Positions 8,261 to 15,330 of a stretch of DNA of 15,330 bases are shown in pieces. Below the pieces are notes generated by a model. That model did no database searches and was not told the DNA's origin. It was given only the letters and a program-made list of their open reading frames with translations. Origin of the DNA: Planctomycetota bacterium (lineage in GTDB: Bacteria; Planctomycetota; SZUA-567; H5-PLA8); NCBI GenBank assembly GCA_045863855.1, contig BTVV01000140.1, positions 1 through 15,330 on the forward strand. The letters run 5' to 3'. A program made the position numbers and the translations under genes. Positions within the stretch are counted from its first letter, which is position 1; each line of letters begins with the position of its first letter.

Positions 8261-8725
8261 TTAAGCGAGATCTTCCAGGCGCAGTGCGAGATGCGTCTCT
8301 TCTTTGGGTGCGCTGAGGCAGACGCTGGTGCGTGTCGAGACGACGCCGTCGAGCGGGCGCAGGTCGTTGGTGATGAGCGTCTCGAGGTCGTGGGTGGAGC
8401 GGGTGCGTACCTTCAAGAGGTAGTCCATGTCGCCGGTGACGTGGTGGCATTCCAGAACGTCGCTCAGTTCTTCGATACGCTGCAGAAACGGTTTGGCGTG
8501 GATGGGCTTGTCGAGGCTGATGGCGATGAAGGCGGTGATCAGGCGGCTGACCTTGGCGGGATCCAGCAGGGCTACGTACTTGCGGATGACCCCGTTGTTC
8601 TCGAGCTTTTTAACGCGCTCGCCCACCGAAGGCGCGGAAAGCCCGACGGTTTTGGCGATCTCGGAATGGCTGGCGCGCCCATCGATTTGTAGGATTTCGA
8701 GGATCTTCAGATCAATCGCGTCCAT
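8261..8725 (-). CDS. Lrp/AsnC family transcriptional regulator, 154 aa
   Basis: MDAIDLKILEILQIDGRASHSEIAKTVGLSAPSVGERVKKLENNGVI...ECHHVTGDMDYLLKV; start trimmed to ATG 8725, preceded by GGAGA. Confidence 0.93.
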   Translation of the reverse strand: MDAIDLKILEILQIDGRASHSEIAKTVGLSAPSVGERVKKLENNGVIRKYVALLDPAKVSRLITAFIAISLDKPIHAKPFLQRIEELSDVLECHHVTGDMDYLLKVRTRSTHDLETLITNDLRPLDGVVSTRTSVCLSAPKEETHLALRLEDLA

Positions 8726-9071
8726 GGAATCTCCGGTCAAGCACGAGCCGGCAAAGGAAGGGCGCACGAAGAAGTTTTTGGTCACCAAGCCGATTCGGTC
8801 ACGAATCGGAACTCCCTCGCCGCAAGCAACTAACCTTCTAAGGTGCATTCTTGCCTGCGTCAAGGAGGCTTCGACCTCCCCCTGTACGGGTGTGGCATGG
8901 CGGAAAGGCTCGCTTCGGCTAAAATTTTAAGGAGTTGGCCCATGCAGGGGGCTCAGATCGGGTGCAACGAAAATCTCCTGAATGCTTTACGCTTGCATGC
9001 GTCCCAGTAGCGAGGATAGATACGTAGGCGTACTATTGGGACGAGGTGTGGGAACCGGTAAGGAGCGAACC

Positions 9072-12000
9072 GTGAGAACGGGGCACAAGTGGATCCTGGG
9101 GTTGGTGCTGGCGATGGCCGGCTGGGGTGCGTGCGCTTCGGAAGGCGTACAGGAGATCATCGTCCTGACCCGATCTGGAGTGGGCGAAGATGTCCTTTTG
9201 GCCTGGGTCGAGACGTCGGACACGGCCTTCGACCTCAGCTTCGAAGAGATACTGCGTCTGCACGACCAAGGCGTGCCGTCGCCGGTGATCGCTGGGATGC
9301 TCCGGCGCGGCGAAGAACTGCGCGCGCTGCGGGGGACGCCGGCGGCGGAAGCCGCGCCGCTGCCCGCGCCGCCCGAAGAAGCGCCGCTGCCGGAGCCGGC
9401 GGCGCTCACGAGCGCCGATCCGCTGCCGACTTACCAATACGAAGATACCTGGTCGGATCTGGAGACGTCGTACCAAGAGCCGATCGTTGAGCGCGTGGTG
9501 GAACGGGACGTGCTGGGCGGGGACTATTACGACCCGCCGATCGTGGTCGCTCCGCCGCGCGAAGGATTGAACGTCAGCTTCTTTTACGACTCGCTCTCGC
9601 CGTACGGGAACTGGGTGCACGTGGCCGATCACGGCTGGATTTGGCGGCCGACGGTGGTCATGAGCGATCCGTTCTGGCGTCCGTACTGCCACGGCGGGAA
9701 CTGGGTCTGGACGGATTACGGCTGGTATTGGAAGTCGAGTTACGCGTGGGGTTGGGCGCCGTTCCATTACGGGCGCTGGGTTCATCATCCGCGGCACCGC
9801 TGGTGCTGGGTGCCGGATACGGTCTGGGCTCCGGCGTGGGTGCACTGGCGGCACAACGATTCGCACTACGGCTGGGCGCCGCTGCCGCCGCATTCGCACT
9901 ACCGCTCGGGCGTGGGATTCACCTACTACGGCCGGAACGTGGGCATCGACTTCCACTTCAACCTGGGCCACGACCATTACACGTTCGTGCCTTGCCGCAG
10001 CATCTTCGCTCAGGACTACCGGACCGTTTACGTGCGTCATGACGTGGTCACGATCTATCGGCAGACGACGATCGTGCGTAATTCGTACGCATTCGAGAAC
10101 CGGCGCTTCATCAATCGCGGGATCGAACTGGACCGCGTACAGCGCGTGACGGGCCGTCAGGTGACGGCGTACCAGATCGCCGACGCGCAGGTTCGCCCGG
10201 GCCAGGAGCTCTCGCGCGAATCGGTGCGCGGCAATCAGTTGGTGGCCTTCCGGCCGCGCTTGGAAGCCAAAGTGACGGAGACCCCGGACGTGGTGGTGGC
10301 GCGCCGGCGCGTGGCGGCGGAACGGTTCGACGATATTCGCGCTCAGCGCGAGACCCAGTTGGCGCAGAAGATGGACGCGCCGGCGGCGAAGAAGCAGGCG
10401 GAGCAGGAGTCGCGCGCGCGGCGGCTCGAGGATTACCGCCGGGCGCAGGAACAGGCCAAGGAGCGGCGCGACGACCGCCGGGACGACGCGGCGGATGCCG
10501 CGCGCCGGCGGCAGGAGTTGCTCGCGAAGCAGCGGGAGGTGGCGGAGATCGCGGCGCAGAAGCGCAAAGACGATCTGGCGAAGGCGCAGGAAGCGCGCCG
10601 CAACGCTCAGACGGACGCGCAGCGCAAGGCCGCGGAAGCCGAGGAACGCAAGCGTAAGGAAGAACTCGACCGCGTCGAAGCGCAGCGCGGGAAGGTGCTG
10701 GAGGAAGTGGAGCGCAGCCGGCGCGGCGTGCCGGCCGCGGGGCTGGTGGCTCCGCAAGTCGCCGCCGAAGACGCCCGCGCGCGGCGTTCGGCCGAAGAAG
10801 CGGAGGCCAAGCGCGCCGAAGCCGAACGGGAGATGAAGGAACGCCAGGAAGCGCTGCGCAAGGCCCAGGAAGAGCGCAAGTCGGCGCGGGACGAAAATCA
10901 GAAGAAGGCGGCGGAAGAATTGGAGCACAAGCGCGCGGAAGAAGTGAAGCAAGCGGAAGTGGCGCGGCAAAAGATCGCCGAAGAAGCCGCGCAGCGTCAG
11001 GCCGAAGTGGACGCTCGGCGCCGCGCACGCGAGGAAGCTCAGAAGAAGGACGCCGAGGAGGACGCTCGCCGCCGGGCCGAGGCCGAGGCGAAGCGCAAGC
11101 AGGAACTCGACGCTCGCCGAGGCGAGACGGAAGCCGATCAGGCTCGCCGCAAAGCCGCGGAGGATGAAGCGAAGCGCAAGGCGGCCGAGGACGCGGAACG
11201 CCGCCGCGCCGAGCTGGATGCGCGGCGTCAGGAGACGGCCGCCGAGCAGGCTCGCCGCAAAGCCGCGGAAGATGAGGCAAAACGCAAGGCGGAAGCCGAG
11301 CGCGAAGCGCGCAAGCAGGCTGACGAGCAGGAAGACGCAAGGCGCAAGGCCGCAGCGGACGAAGCCCGCCGCCAAGCCGCGGAAGAAGCGCAGCGCCGCC
11401 GCGCGGAACAGGATGCGCGCAAAACCGCCGACGAAGGGCAGGCTCAAGCTGCCGAAGCGGCGCGCCGCAAAGCGGCAGAAGAAGCCGCGCGCCGCGCGGA
11501 AGCTCAGCAGGAGGCCGCGCGCAAAGCGGCGGAGCAGCAGGCGAAGGATGCGGCGCGGGAGGCGGCGCGCCGGCAGGCGGCCGAGGAAGCGGCCCGCAAG
11601 CGCGCGGAGCAGGACCGGGCCGACGCCGAAGCGAAGCAGCGCGCGCGCGAAGCGGCGGCGCAGCGGGATGCGCAACTGGACGCGCAGCGCAAAGCGGCGG
11701 AAGAAGCCCGGCAGCGCGCGGCCGAAGAAGCCGCGGCTCGCCGGCAGAACGAAGAAGTGCAGCGCCAGGCGCAAGAAGCGGCTCAGAAGCGCGCCGCGGA
11801 GGAAGCGGCTCGCCGGCAGGACGGAGAGGCGTTGCGCCGCGCGCAGGAAGCGGCTCAGCAACGTGCGGCCGAAGACGCGGCGCGCCGTGCGGCCGCGGAT
11901 GAAGCGGCCCGGCAGCGCGCCGCTCAGCAGGAAGAAGCGCGCCGCAAGGCGGCCGAAGACGCCGCTGCTCGCCGCACGACTGAACCGCCCGCGGAGACTC

Positions 12001-12092
12001 CGCGCACGCGAACGCCGCGGAACAAGCGCACCACGGAAGGTGAAGGCGAGACGCAACCCTCGCCCGAACGCACGCCGCGCGGGCGGCGCTGA
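9072..12092 (+). CDS. Secreted DUF6600-type Trp/Tyr/His-rich protein with a long charged alpha-helical C-terminal region, about 1006 aa
   Basis: GTG 9072 after an AAGGAG RBS; signal peptide; FYDSLSPYGNW...WRPY...WVWTDYGWYW...WGWAPFHYGRW...WAPAWV motif; about 550 aa of A/E/R/K/Q low-complexity helix; Pro/Arg/Thr tail. Confidence 0.85.
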   Translation: MRTGHKWILGLVLAMAGWGACASEGVQEIIVLTRSGVGEDVLLAWVETSDTAFDLSFEEILRLHDQGVPSPVIAGMLRRGEELRALRGTPAAEAAPLPAPPEEAPLPEPAALTSADPLPTYQYEDTWSDLETSYQEPIVERVVERDVLGGDYYDPPIVVAPPREGLNVSFFYDSLSPYGNWVHVADHGWIWRPTVVMSDPFWRPYCHGGNWVWTDYGWYWKSSYAWGWAPFHYGRWVHHPRHRWCWVPDTVWAPAWVHWRHNDSHYGWAPLPPHSHYRSGVGFTYYGRNVGIDFHFNLGHDHYTFVPCRSIFAQDYRTVYVRHDVVTIYRQTTIVRNSYAFENRRFINRGIELDRVQRVTGRQVTAYQIADAQVRPGQELSRESVRGNQLVAFRPRLEAKVTETPDVVVARRRVAAERFDDIRAQRETQLAQKMDAPAAKKQAEQESRARRLEDYRRAQEQAKERRDDRRDDAADAARRRQELLAKQREVAEIAAQKRKDDLAKAQEARRNAQTDAQRKAAEAEERKRKEELDRVEAQRGKVLEEVERSRRGVPAAGLVAPQVAAEDARARRSAEEAEAKRAEAEREMKERQEALRKAQEERKSARDENQKKAAEELEHKRAEEVKQAEVARQKIAEEAAQRQAEVDARRRAREEAQKKDAEEDARRRAEAEAKRKQELDARRGETEADQARRKAAEDEAKRKAAEDAERRRAELDARRQETAAEQARRKAAEDEAKRKAEAEREARKQADEQEDARRKAAADEARRQAAEEAQRRRAEQDARKTADEGQAQAAEAARRKAAEEAARRAEAQQEAARKAAEQQAKDAAREAARRQAAEEAARKRAEQDRADAEAKQRAREAAAQRDAQLDAQRKAAEEARQRAAEEAAARRQNEEVQRQAQEAAQKRAAEEAARRQDGEALRRAQEAAQQRAAEDAARRAAADEAARQRAAQQEEARRKAAEDAAARRTTEPPAETPRTRTPRNKRTTEGEGETQPSPERTPRGRR
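11103..11318 (+). repeat. Intragenic 108-bp (36-aa) degenerate tandem duplication
   Basis: ELDARRGETEADQARRKAAEDEAKRKA at 11103 and ELDARRQETAAEQARRKAAEDEAKRKA at 11211; shared DNA core caggctcgccgcaaagccgcgga. Confidence 0.75.
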
Positions 12093-12132
12093 AAAAGGGT
12101 TCGGTACTCGTCATCGAGCGACCGAATTCATG

Positions 12133-12170
12133 CGGCCCGGCTACCTTATAGGGAGCCGGGCCGTTTGCTT
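12133..12170 (+). terminator. Probable intrinsic terminator of the DUF6600 gene
   Basis: Stem CGGCCCGGCT (12133-12142) / AGCCGGGCCG (12154-12163) followed by TTTGCTT. Confidence 0.7.
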
Positions 12171-12212
12171 GTATGCGGAACGTGTCGGGGGATCAAACTC
12201 GCGCGCTTGCCT

Positions 12213-12241
12213 TTGACGAACGGCGGGTTTCGCGGCATAGT
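12213..12241 (+). promoter_or_regulatory. Sigma70-type promoter for the tRNA
   Basis: TTGACG (12213-12218), 17-bp spacer, CATAGT (12236-12241), 22 nt upstream of the tRNA. Confidence 0.6.
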
Positions 12242-12263
12242 ATCGCGCTTGGGCCGTTGCGGT

Positions 12264-12339
12264 GGGGGCGTAGCTCAGCTGGGAGAGCGCTGCGTTCGCA
12301 ATGCAGAGGTCGTGGGTTCAACTCCCATCGCCTCCACCA
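12264..12339 (+). tRNA. tRNA-Ala (anticodon CGC)
   Basis: 76-nt cloverleaf: GGGGGCG/CGCCTCC acceptor stem with G3:U70, D arm GCTC/GAGC, anticodon arm CTGCG-TTCGCAA-TGCAG, T loop TTCAACT, encoded CCA. Confidence 0.97.
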
Positions 12340-12351
12340 ATTTAAAGAGTT

Positions 12352-12393
12352 ACAAAAACGGACCGCGTGCGCCTGCATCCGGTCCGTTTTTGT
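12352..12393. terminator. Bidirectional-type intrinsic terminator after the tRNA
   Basis: Perfect 13-bp inverted repeat ACAAAAACGGACC / GGTCCGTTTTTGT with an A-run and a T-run on the two sides. Confidence 0.8.
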
Positions 12394-12440
12394 TGCAAGC
12401 CGGACACACCACAGAGTTTAATCCCCAAAACGATTGCGAA

Positions 12441-12761
12441 ATGCGGACGCCCCCCGGACAAGGTGCAGTCAATTCCGGACATATTGCGAGCACAACAGGA
12501 ACACAACAGGAGCATAACGCTCCCACTCTCGCCGACGTGTGCCGGTCAATCGAATCATGCCACGAGCTTCCTGAATTCATTCGCGTGGCCGTTTTGGCGC
12601 TGCTGAGCACGGTTGGCGTTGAGGCTGGCTCGCCCAATTCACGCGATTCCAAGCGCTCTGGCGCGTTTTCTTCGCTCAAAGGCACTCGCACGCGGTCCGA
12701 CGCCGGAAAAGCGTCCAGGATGCGCGGAAACGCGAAAGACGGCCATGGGGATAACCGGTGA
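12441..12761 (+). CDS. Possible small att-adjacent hypothetical protein (106 aa if from ATG 12441)
   Basis: Contains PTLADVCRSIESCHELPEFIRVAVLALL; its stop overlaps the next start (GTGA); no clear RBS, start uncertain. Confidence 0.35.
   Translation: MRTPPGQGAVNSGHIASTTGTQQEHNAPTLADVCRSIESCHELPEFIRVAVLALLSTVGVEAGSPNSRDSKRSGAFSSLKGTRTRSDAGKASRMRGNAKDGHGDNR
12488..12520 (+). repeat. Three tandem 11-bp imperfect repeats (candidate integrase arm-type sites)
   Basis: GAGCACAACAG / GAACACAACAG / GAGCATAACGC, about 150 bp from the tRNA 3' end. Confidence 0.6.
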
Positions 12762-12955
12762 AGAGGCTCATGTGTTCAGCGCCCTACGCCAAACTGTCGG
12801 TCTCTCACGAGAAGTTGGCGCGCGGGCGGGTGTGGTGTCTGAAGTGCGGACGGATGCAGCGGGTGGATTCGGCGCGGTGCTTGGCTTCCGGCTGGCCGAA
12901 GTGTTGTGGCGCCACCATGTCGCTGGAAGATCCCCAGGAGCGCGGCCATGACTGA
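12758..12955 (+). CDS. Small Zn-ribbon-like protein, phage-type, 65 aa
   Basis: VWCLKCG...GWPKCCGATM; GGGGA upstream of the GTG start; 8-nt overlap with the next gene. Confidence 0.65.
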   Translation: MKRLMCSAPYAKLSVSHEKLARGRVWCLKCGRMQRVDSARCLASGWPKCCGATMSLEDPQERGHD

Positions 12956-15146
12956 CCAGTTGATAACGCAGGTGTTGGCAGCGGACCGCAACGCTCAAAA
13001 GCTCGTTCCGTTCTTCGGTCGCGTTTCGACGGACGAAGCGGGTGCATCGGCAATCGGTTGGGACATTGACCCGAGGTGGTATGTCGAAGAATGCGAATGG
13101 GTGGCCGGTCCGAATCCCGGTCGTGCTGTCTGCAATATCCAGGTTCCAAAGGGTCAGGCGGACGTAAGCGCGAACGCGGTTGCTTTCAATGCCAACGGGC
13201 CGATGAAGCACATTAAGCGCGGTACGCGGGCCATGGTGATGAAGTTCAACGGGACCAACTTCGATGAAGTGTACATGACGGGTGAGGTTGCAGTTGTTGG
13301 GCACACGAAGGAAGACGGTTCAAGCGGTCTTTCTGTCACGATCATGGATGATCGTGATTACCTCAAAACGATTCGTATTTCCGGCCGCTACGTTGCGGAT
13401 GTTGGTGCAGGCGAGCCGCCATTCACGGGTGTTTATCAAGAAGGCTGGCCGACACACTTCAATCCAGGCGGACGGCCGAACCGAATTGACGACGCAAATG
13501 GCGATCCGATGTTTGCTCCCTCCCCTGACTTCGGACTATCCGAAGGGGAAGCGGTTCCTGATCCCAACAGCATTTCTCAGCGCAAAGCTACGTACTGGAC
13601 TTTGGGCAGCATTGTCCGCTACATCCAGAAGAAGTATGGGACCGGAGCAATTTCACCGTCGCTTTGGCCGTACAAGATGACTGTTGAGGATTTCTTGATT
13701 TGGCCGGATGGTTTTGGAGACACGATTGATAACACGGCCATAACGAATTTTGACCAGGGAACGGGTCAGAATTTCAGTCAGCTTGGCGCTGCACGAAAAG
13801 GCAGGGACATAGTTCTTGAGGGTCTTTCGGTTTTCGATGCACTTGAACTGATCCTCAAAACGGCTGGCGGCTGGACGATTGGCATTTCGCCGGAAGTGTC
13901 TGTGGGTTCCGAAGCGAACGTGTCTTTCACGAATCACTTGGAGTTGATTCCTTCGCGCTATGACGGCGGCGGTGTCTCGATACCGTACGCAGCGGGTGGA
14001 ACGGCCGGGACGGTTTTGAATCAAGCGGTTGTTACGCGCGGAACGTACATAGAAGACGGTACGGACCTGATAACGCTTGCGGCCGGGAGCGGCGGGTTGG
14101 TCTTCGTTGAAACGCGCGTGGATACGGCATCCGGGAGCCTGGAAGCGGCGTGGACGGCCGCGCAACTGACGGCGTTCAAGGCCAGCGTGCTTGAGCACGG
14201 AGAGACTTCACCGGAAGGCTTTCAGCGCTCAATGGAGCTTTGGCCTACCGTCTTCCAAATGTGGAAGATAAAAAGCAGCTTCGATTTCTATGCCGGAACT
14301 GAATTTGCGTCCTATCCACGTGCTCAAATTCCCCGACCCATTTGGTCTACCTTGCTCACCCGACACGAAGCCGATCCAGAGGTTACGGGAATTGACGGCC
14401 CGAAAGATTATCTTTCGATCCCGTTTCCGGTTCGATTCGAGTTTAAGGACGATGCAGGAAATTGGCAAACAGGGCTCACCTTGGACGGGCTTGTAGTTTG
14501 GCAGAACGGATTGATTCACGTTCCGGGACTTGCGATGCAAGGAATGTTGAATCAAGGCGGATCAATCAAGTGGGACAACGGGCAGTATCAAACCAATGCT
14601 GACGGGTGGGATGTAAGCGCACGTGATATTCGTGTGACGGTGGCGATCCCGATGGATCACCGGTTGACGGCCAGTATTGGGCTTTCGAACCATACGCTTG
14701 ATTGTCCGGACTTCTTTGGCGTGTGGGAGAACATGCCGGACATGGATCGGATCGAGAGCTACTACAAACGAGTTGCGCACCTGGACCTTGGGCGCCTGTA
14801 CGAGCTTTGGTTGCGGAAGACTTCGTGGCCGCGTCCGGAGTCGTTGAGCACGGCCGTTGTTCAGGCGACGGACAAACTCACTTCGGACGATGCGTTGCGG
14901 TCGGACAAGACGTTACTGCAAAACCACCTGAAGCGAACGATGCTGGATTACGGCCGCTTGCGGAAGAGCGGAACGTTGATCTTCGATGGCTTCCTGATTT
15001 CCACGTACAAGCCGGGTACGTTGGTCAAGGACTTGGTTCCGGTGGGTGTAACGGGCATCCCGAATTTTCCGATTCACGCGGTTGTGGATAAGGTCATTTG
15101 GCACTGTACTCCAAAGTACATTGGGACCGAGTTGGTACTGGTCTAG
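12948..15146 (+). CDS. Putative phage tail baseplate hub-like protein (gp27/gpD/Tal-like architecture), 732 aa
   Basis: ATG 12948 after AGGAG. Pattern typical of hub proteins: N-terminal beta region (GTRAMVM...YMTGEV...LSVTIMDDRDYL), TLGSIVRYI helix, GLSVFDALELILKTAGG, C-terminal SGTLIFDG...YKPGTLV...VVDKVIWH...TELVL. ORF is solid; function inferred from pattern only. Confidence 0.6.
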   Translation: MTDQLITQVLAADRNAQKLVPFFGRVSTDEAGASAIGWDIDPRWYVEECEWVAGPNPGRAVCNIQVPKGQADVSANAVAFNANGPMKHIKRGTRAMVMKFNGTNFDEVYMTGEVAVVGHTKEDGSSGLSVTIMDDRDYLKTIRISGRYVADVGAGEPPFTGVYQEGWPTHFNPGGRPNRIDDANGDPMFAPSPDFGLSEGEAVPDPNSISQRKATYWTLGSIVRYIQKKYGTGAISPSLWPYKMTVEDFLIWPDGFGDTIDNTAITNFDQGTGQNFSQLGAARKGRDIVLEGLSVFDALELILKTAGGWTIGISPEVSVGSEANVSFTNHLELIPSRYDGGGVSIPYAAGGTAGTVLNQAVVTRGTYIEDGTDLITLAAGSGGLVFVETRVDTASGSLEAAWTAAQLTAFKASVLEHGETSPEGFQRSMELWPTVFQMWKIKSSFDFYAGTEFASYPRAQIPRPIWSTLLTRHEADPEVTGIDGPKDYLSIPFPVRFEFKDDAGNWQTGLTLDGLVVWQNGLIHVPGLAMQGMLNQGGSIKWDNGQYQTNADGWDVSARDIRVTVAIPMDHRLTASIGLSNHTLDCPDFFGVWENMPDMDRIESYYKRVAHLDLGRLYELWLRKTSWPRPESLSTAVVQATDKLTSDDALRSDKTLLQNHLKRTMLDYGRLRKSGTLIFDGFLISTYKPGTLVKDLVPVGVTGIPNFPIHAVVDKVIWHCTPKYIGTELVLV

Positions 15147-15155
15147 GAGATACCC

Positions 15156-15314
15156 ATGTTGTTCAAGATCGGGAAACGCGCGGCAAAGGGCTTGCGGAAT
15201 GCGGCGCCATTCGTGGTTGAACATGGAAAGTCTAAAGGGCCTGGACTGCATTCAGAAAAGCCGCTGACGCTCGAATGGGCGCAAGGTTTGTGCAAGGGTA
15301 AGAAGGGGAAATAG
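15156..15314 (+). CDS. Small basic hypothetical protein, 52 aa
   Basis: Manually found: AGGAGA RBS, MLFKIGKRAAKGLRNAAPFVVEHGKSKGPGLHSEKPLTLEWAQGLCKGKKGK, TAG at 15312-15314; fits between neighbouring starts. Confidence 0.55.
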   Translation: MLFKIGKRAAKGLRNAAPFVVEHGKSKGPGLHSEKPLTLEWAQGLCKGKKGK

Positions 15315-15316
15315 TC

Positions 15317-15330
15317 ATGGCCGATGCTTT
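15317..15330 (+). CDS. Start of next ORF (MADA...), truncated by the window edge
   Basis: ATG 2 nt after the previous stop, preceded by AAGGGG. Confidence 0.4.

Larger units (their letters stand above)
12340..15330. mobile_element. Left end of a probable prophage/phage-like element integrated at tRNA-Ala (partial)
   Basis: Starts at a tRNA 3' end; visibly more A/T-ending codons than host genes; tightly packed co-oriented ORFs; baseplate-hub-like gene; arm-site-like repeats. Integrase and second att copy are not in the window. Confidence 0.65.

Noticed and set aside
8726..8863. 46-aa N-terminal extension of Lrp/AsnC
   Set aside because: Family sequence begins at MDAID with its own RBS.
10300..12092. 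TolA or IF-2 annotation for the A/E/R/K-rich region
   Set aside because: Compositional similarity only; no TolA C-terminal domain or GTPase domain.
9033..12114. 1007-aa and 667-aa antisense ORFs
   Set aside because: Stop-free because of the low-complexity GC-rich sense codons; no protein-like features.
12165..12440. 198-aa ORF starting upstream of the tRNA as a host gene
   Set aside because: It spans the tRNA promoter, tRNA and terminator; only the distal part is plausibly coding.
12488..12520. CRISPR array
   Set aside because: Units are 11 bp and contiguous with no spacers; no cas genes in the window.
12948..15146. T6SS VgrG call
   Set aside because: No C-terminal gp5-like spike repeats and no T6SS genes nearby; context is phage-like.

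Overview
GC-rich bacterial chromosomal segment, probably PVC superphylum/Planctomycetota (inferred from the ferredoxin type, Def C-terminus, DUF6600 protein and AraR-like regulator; not proven). Host part, 1-12340: a 5' fragment of a secreted parallel beta-helix protein (minus strand, absent from the ORF track); an overlapping ferredoxin + VKOR pair; a GntR/LacI-hybrid (AraR-like) regulator coupled to a secreted beta-propeller-like protein; a minus-strand run of Lrp/AsnC, peptide deformylase, a membrane protein, a CBM-like + SGNH hydrolase and a second membrane protein; a 1006-aa secreted DUF6600 protein with a very long charged helical tail; and tRNA-Ala(CGC). Right after the tRNA the codon style changes and a probable tRNA-integrated phage-like element begins. 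It has att-arm-like tandem repeats, phased CGGAC motifs, a small Zn-ribbon ORF and a 732-aa protein resembling a phage baseplate hub, but no integrase at this junction. All family calls come from motif recognition by eye, not database searches.
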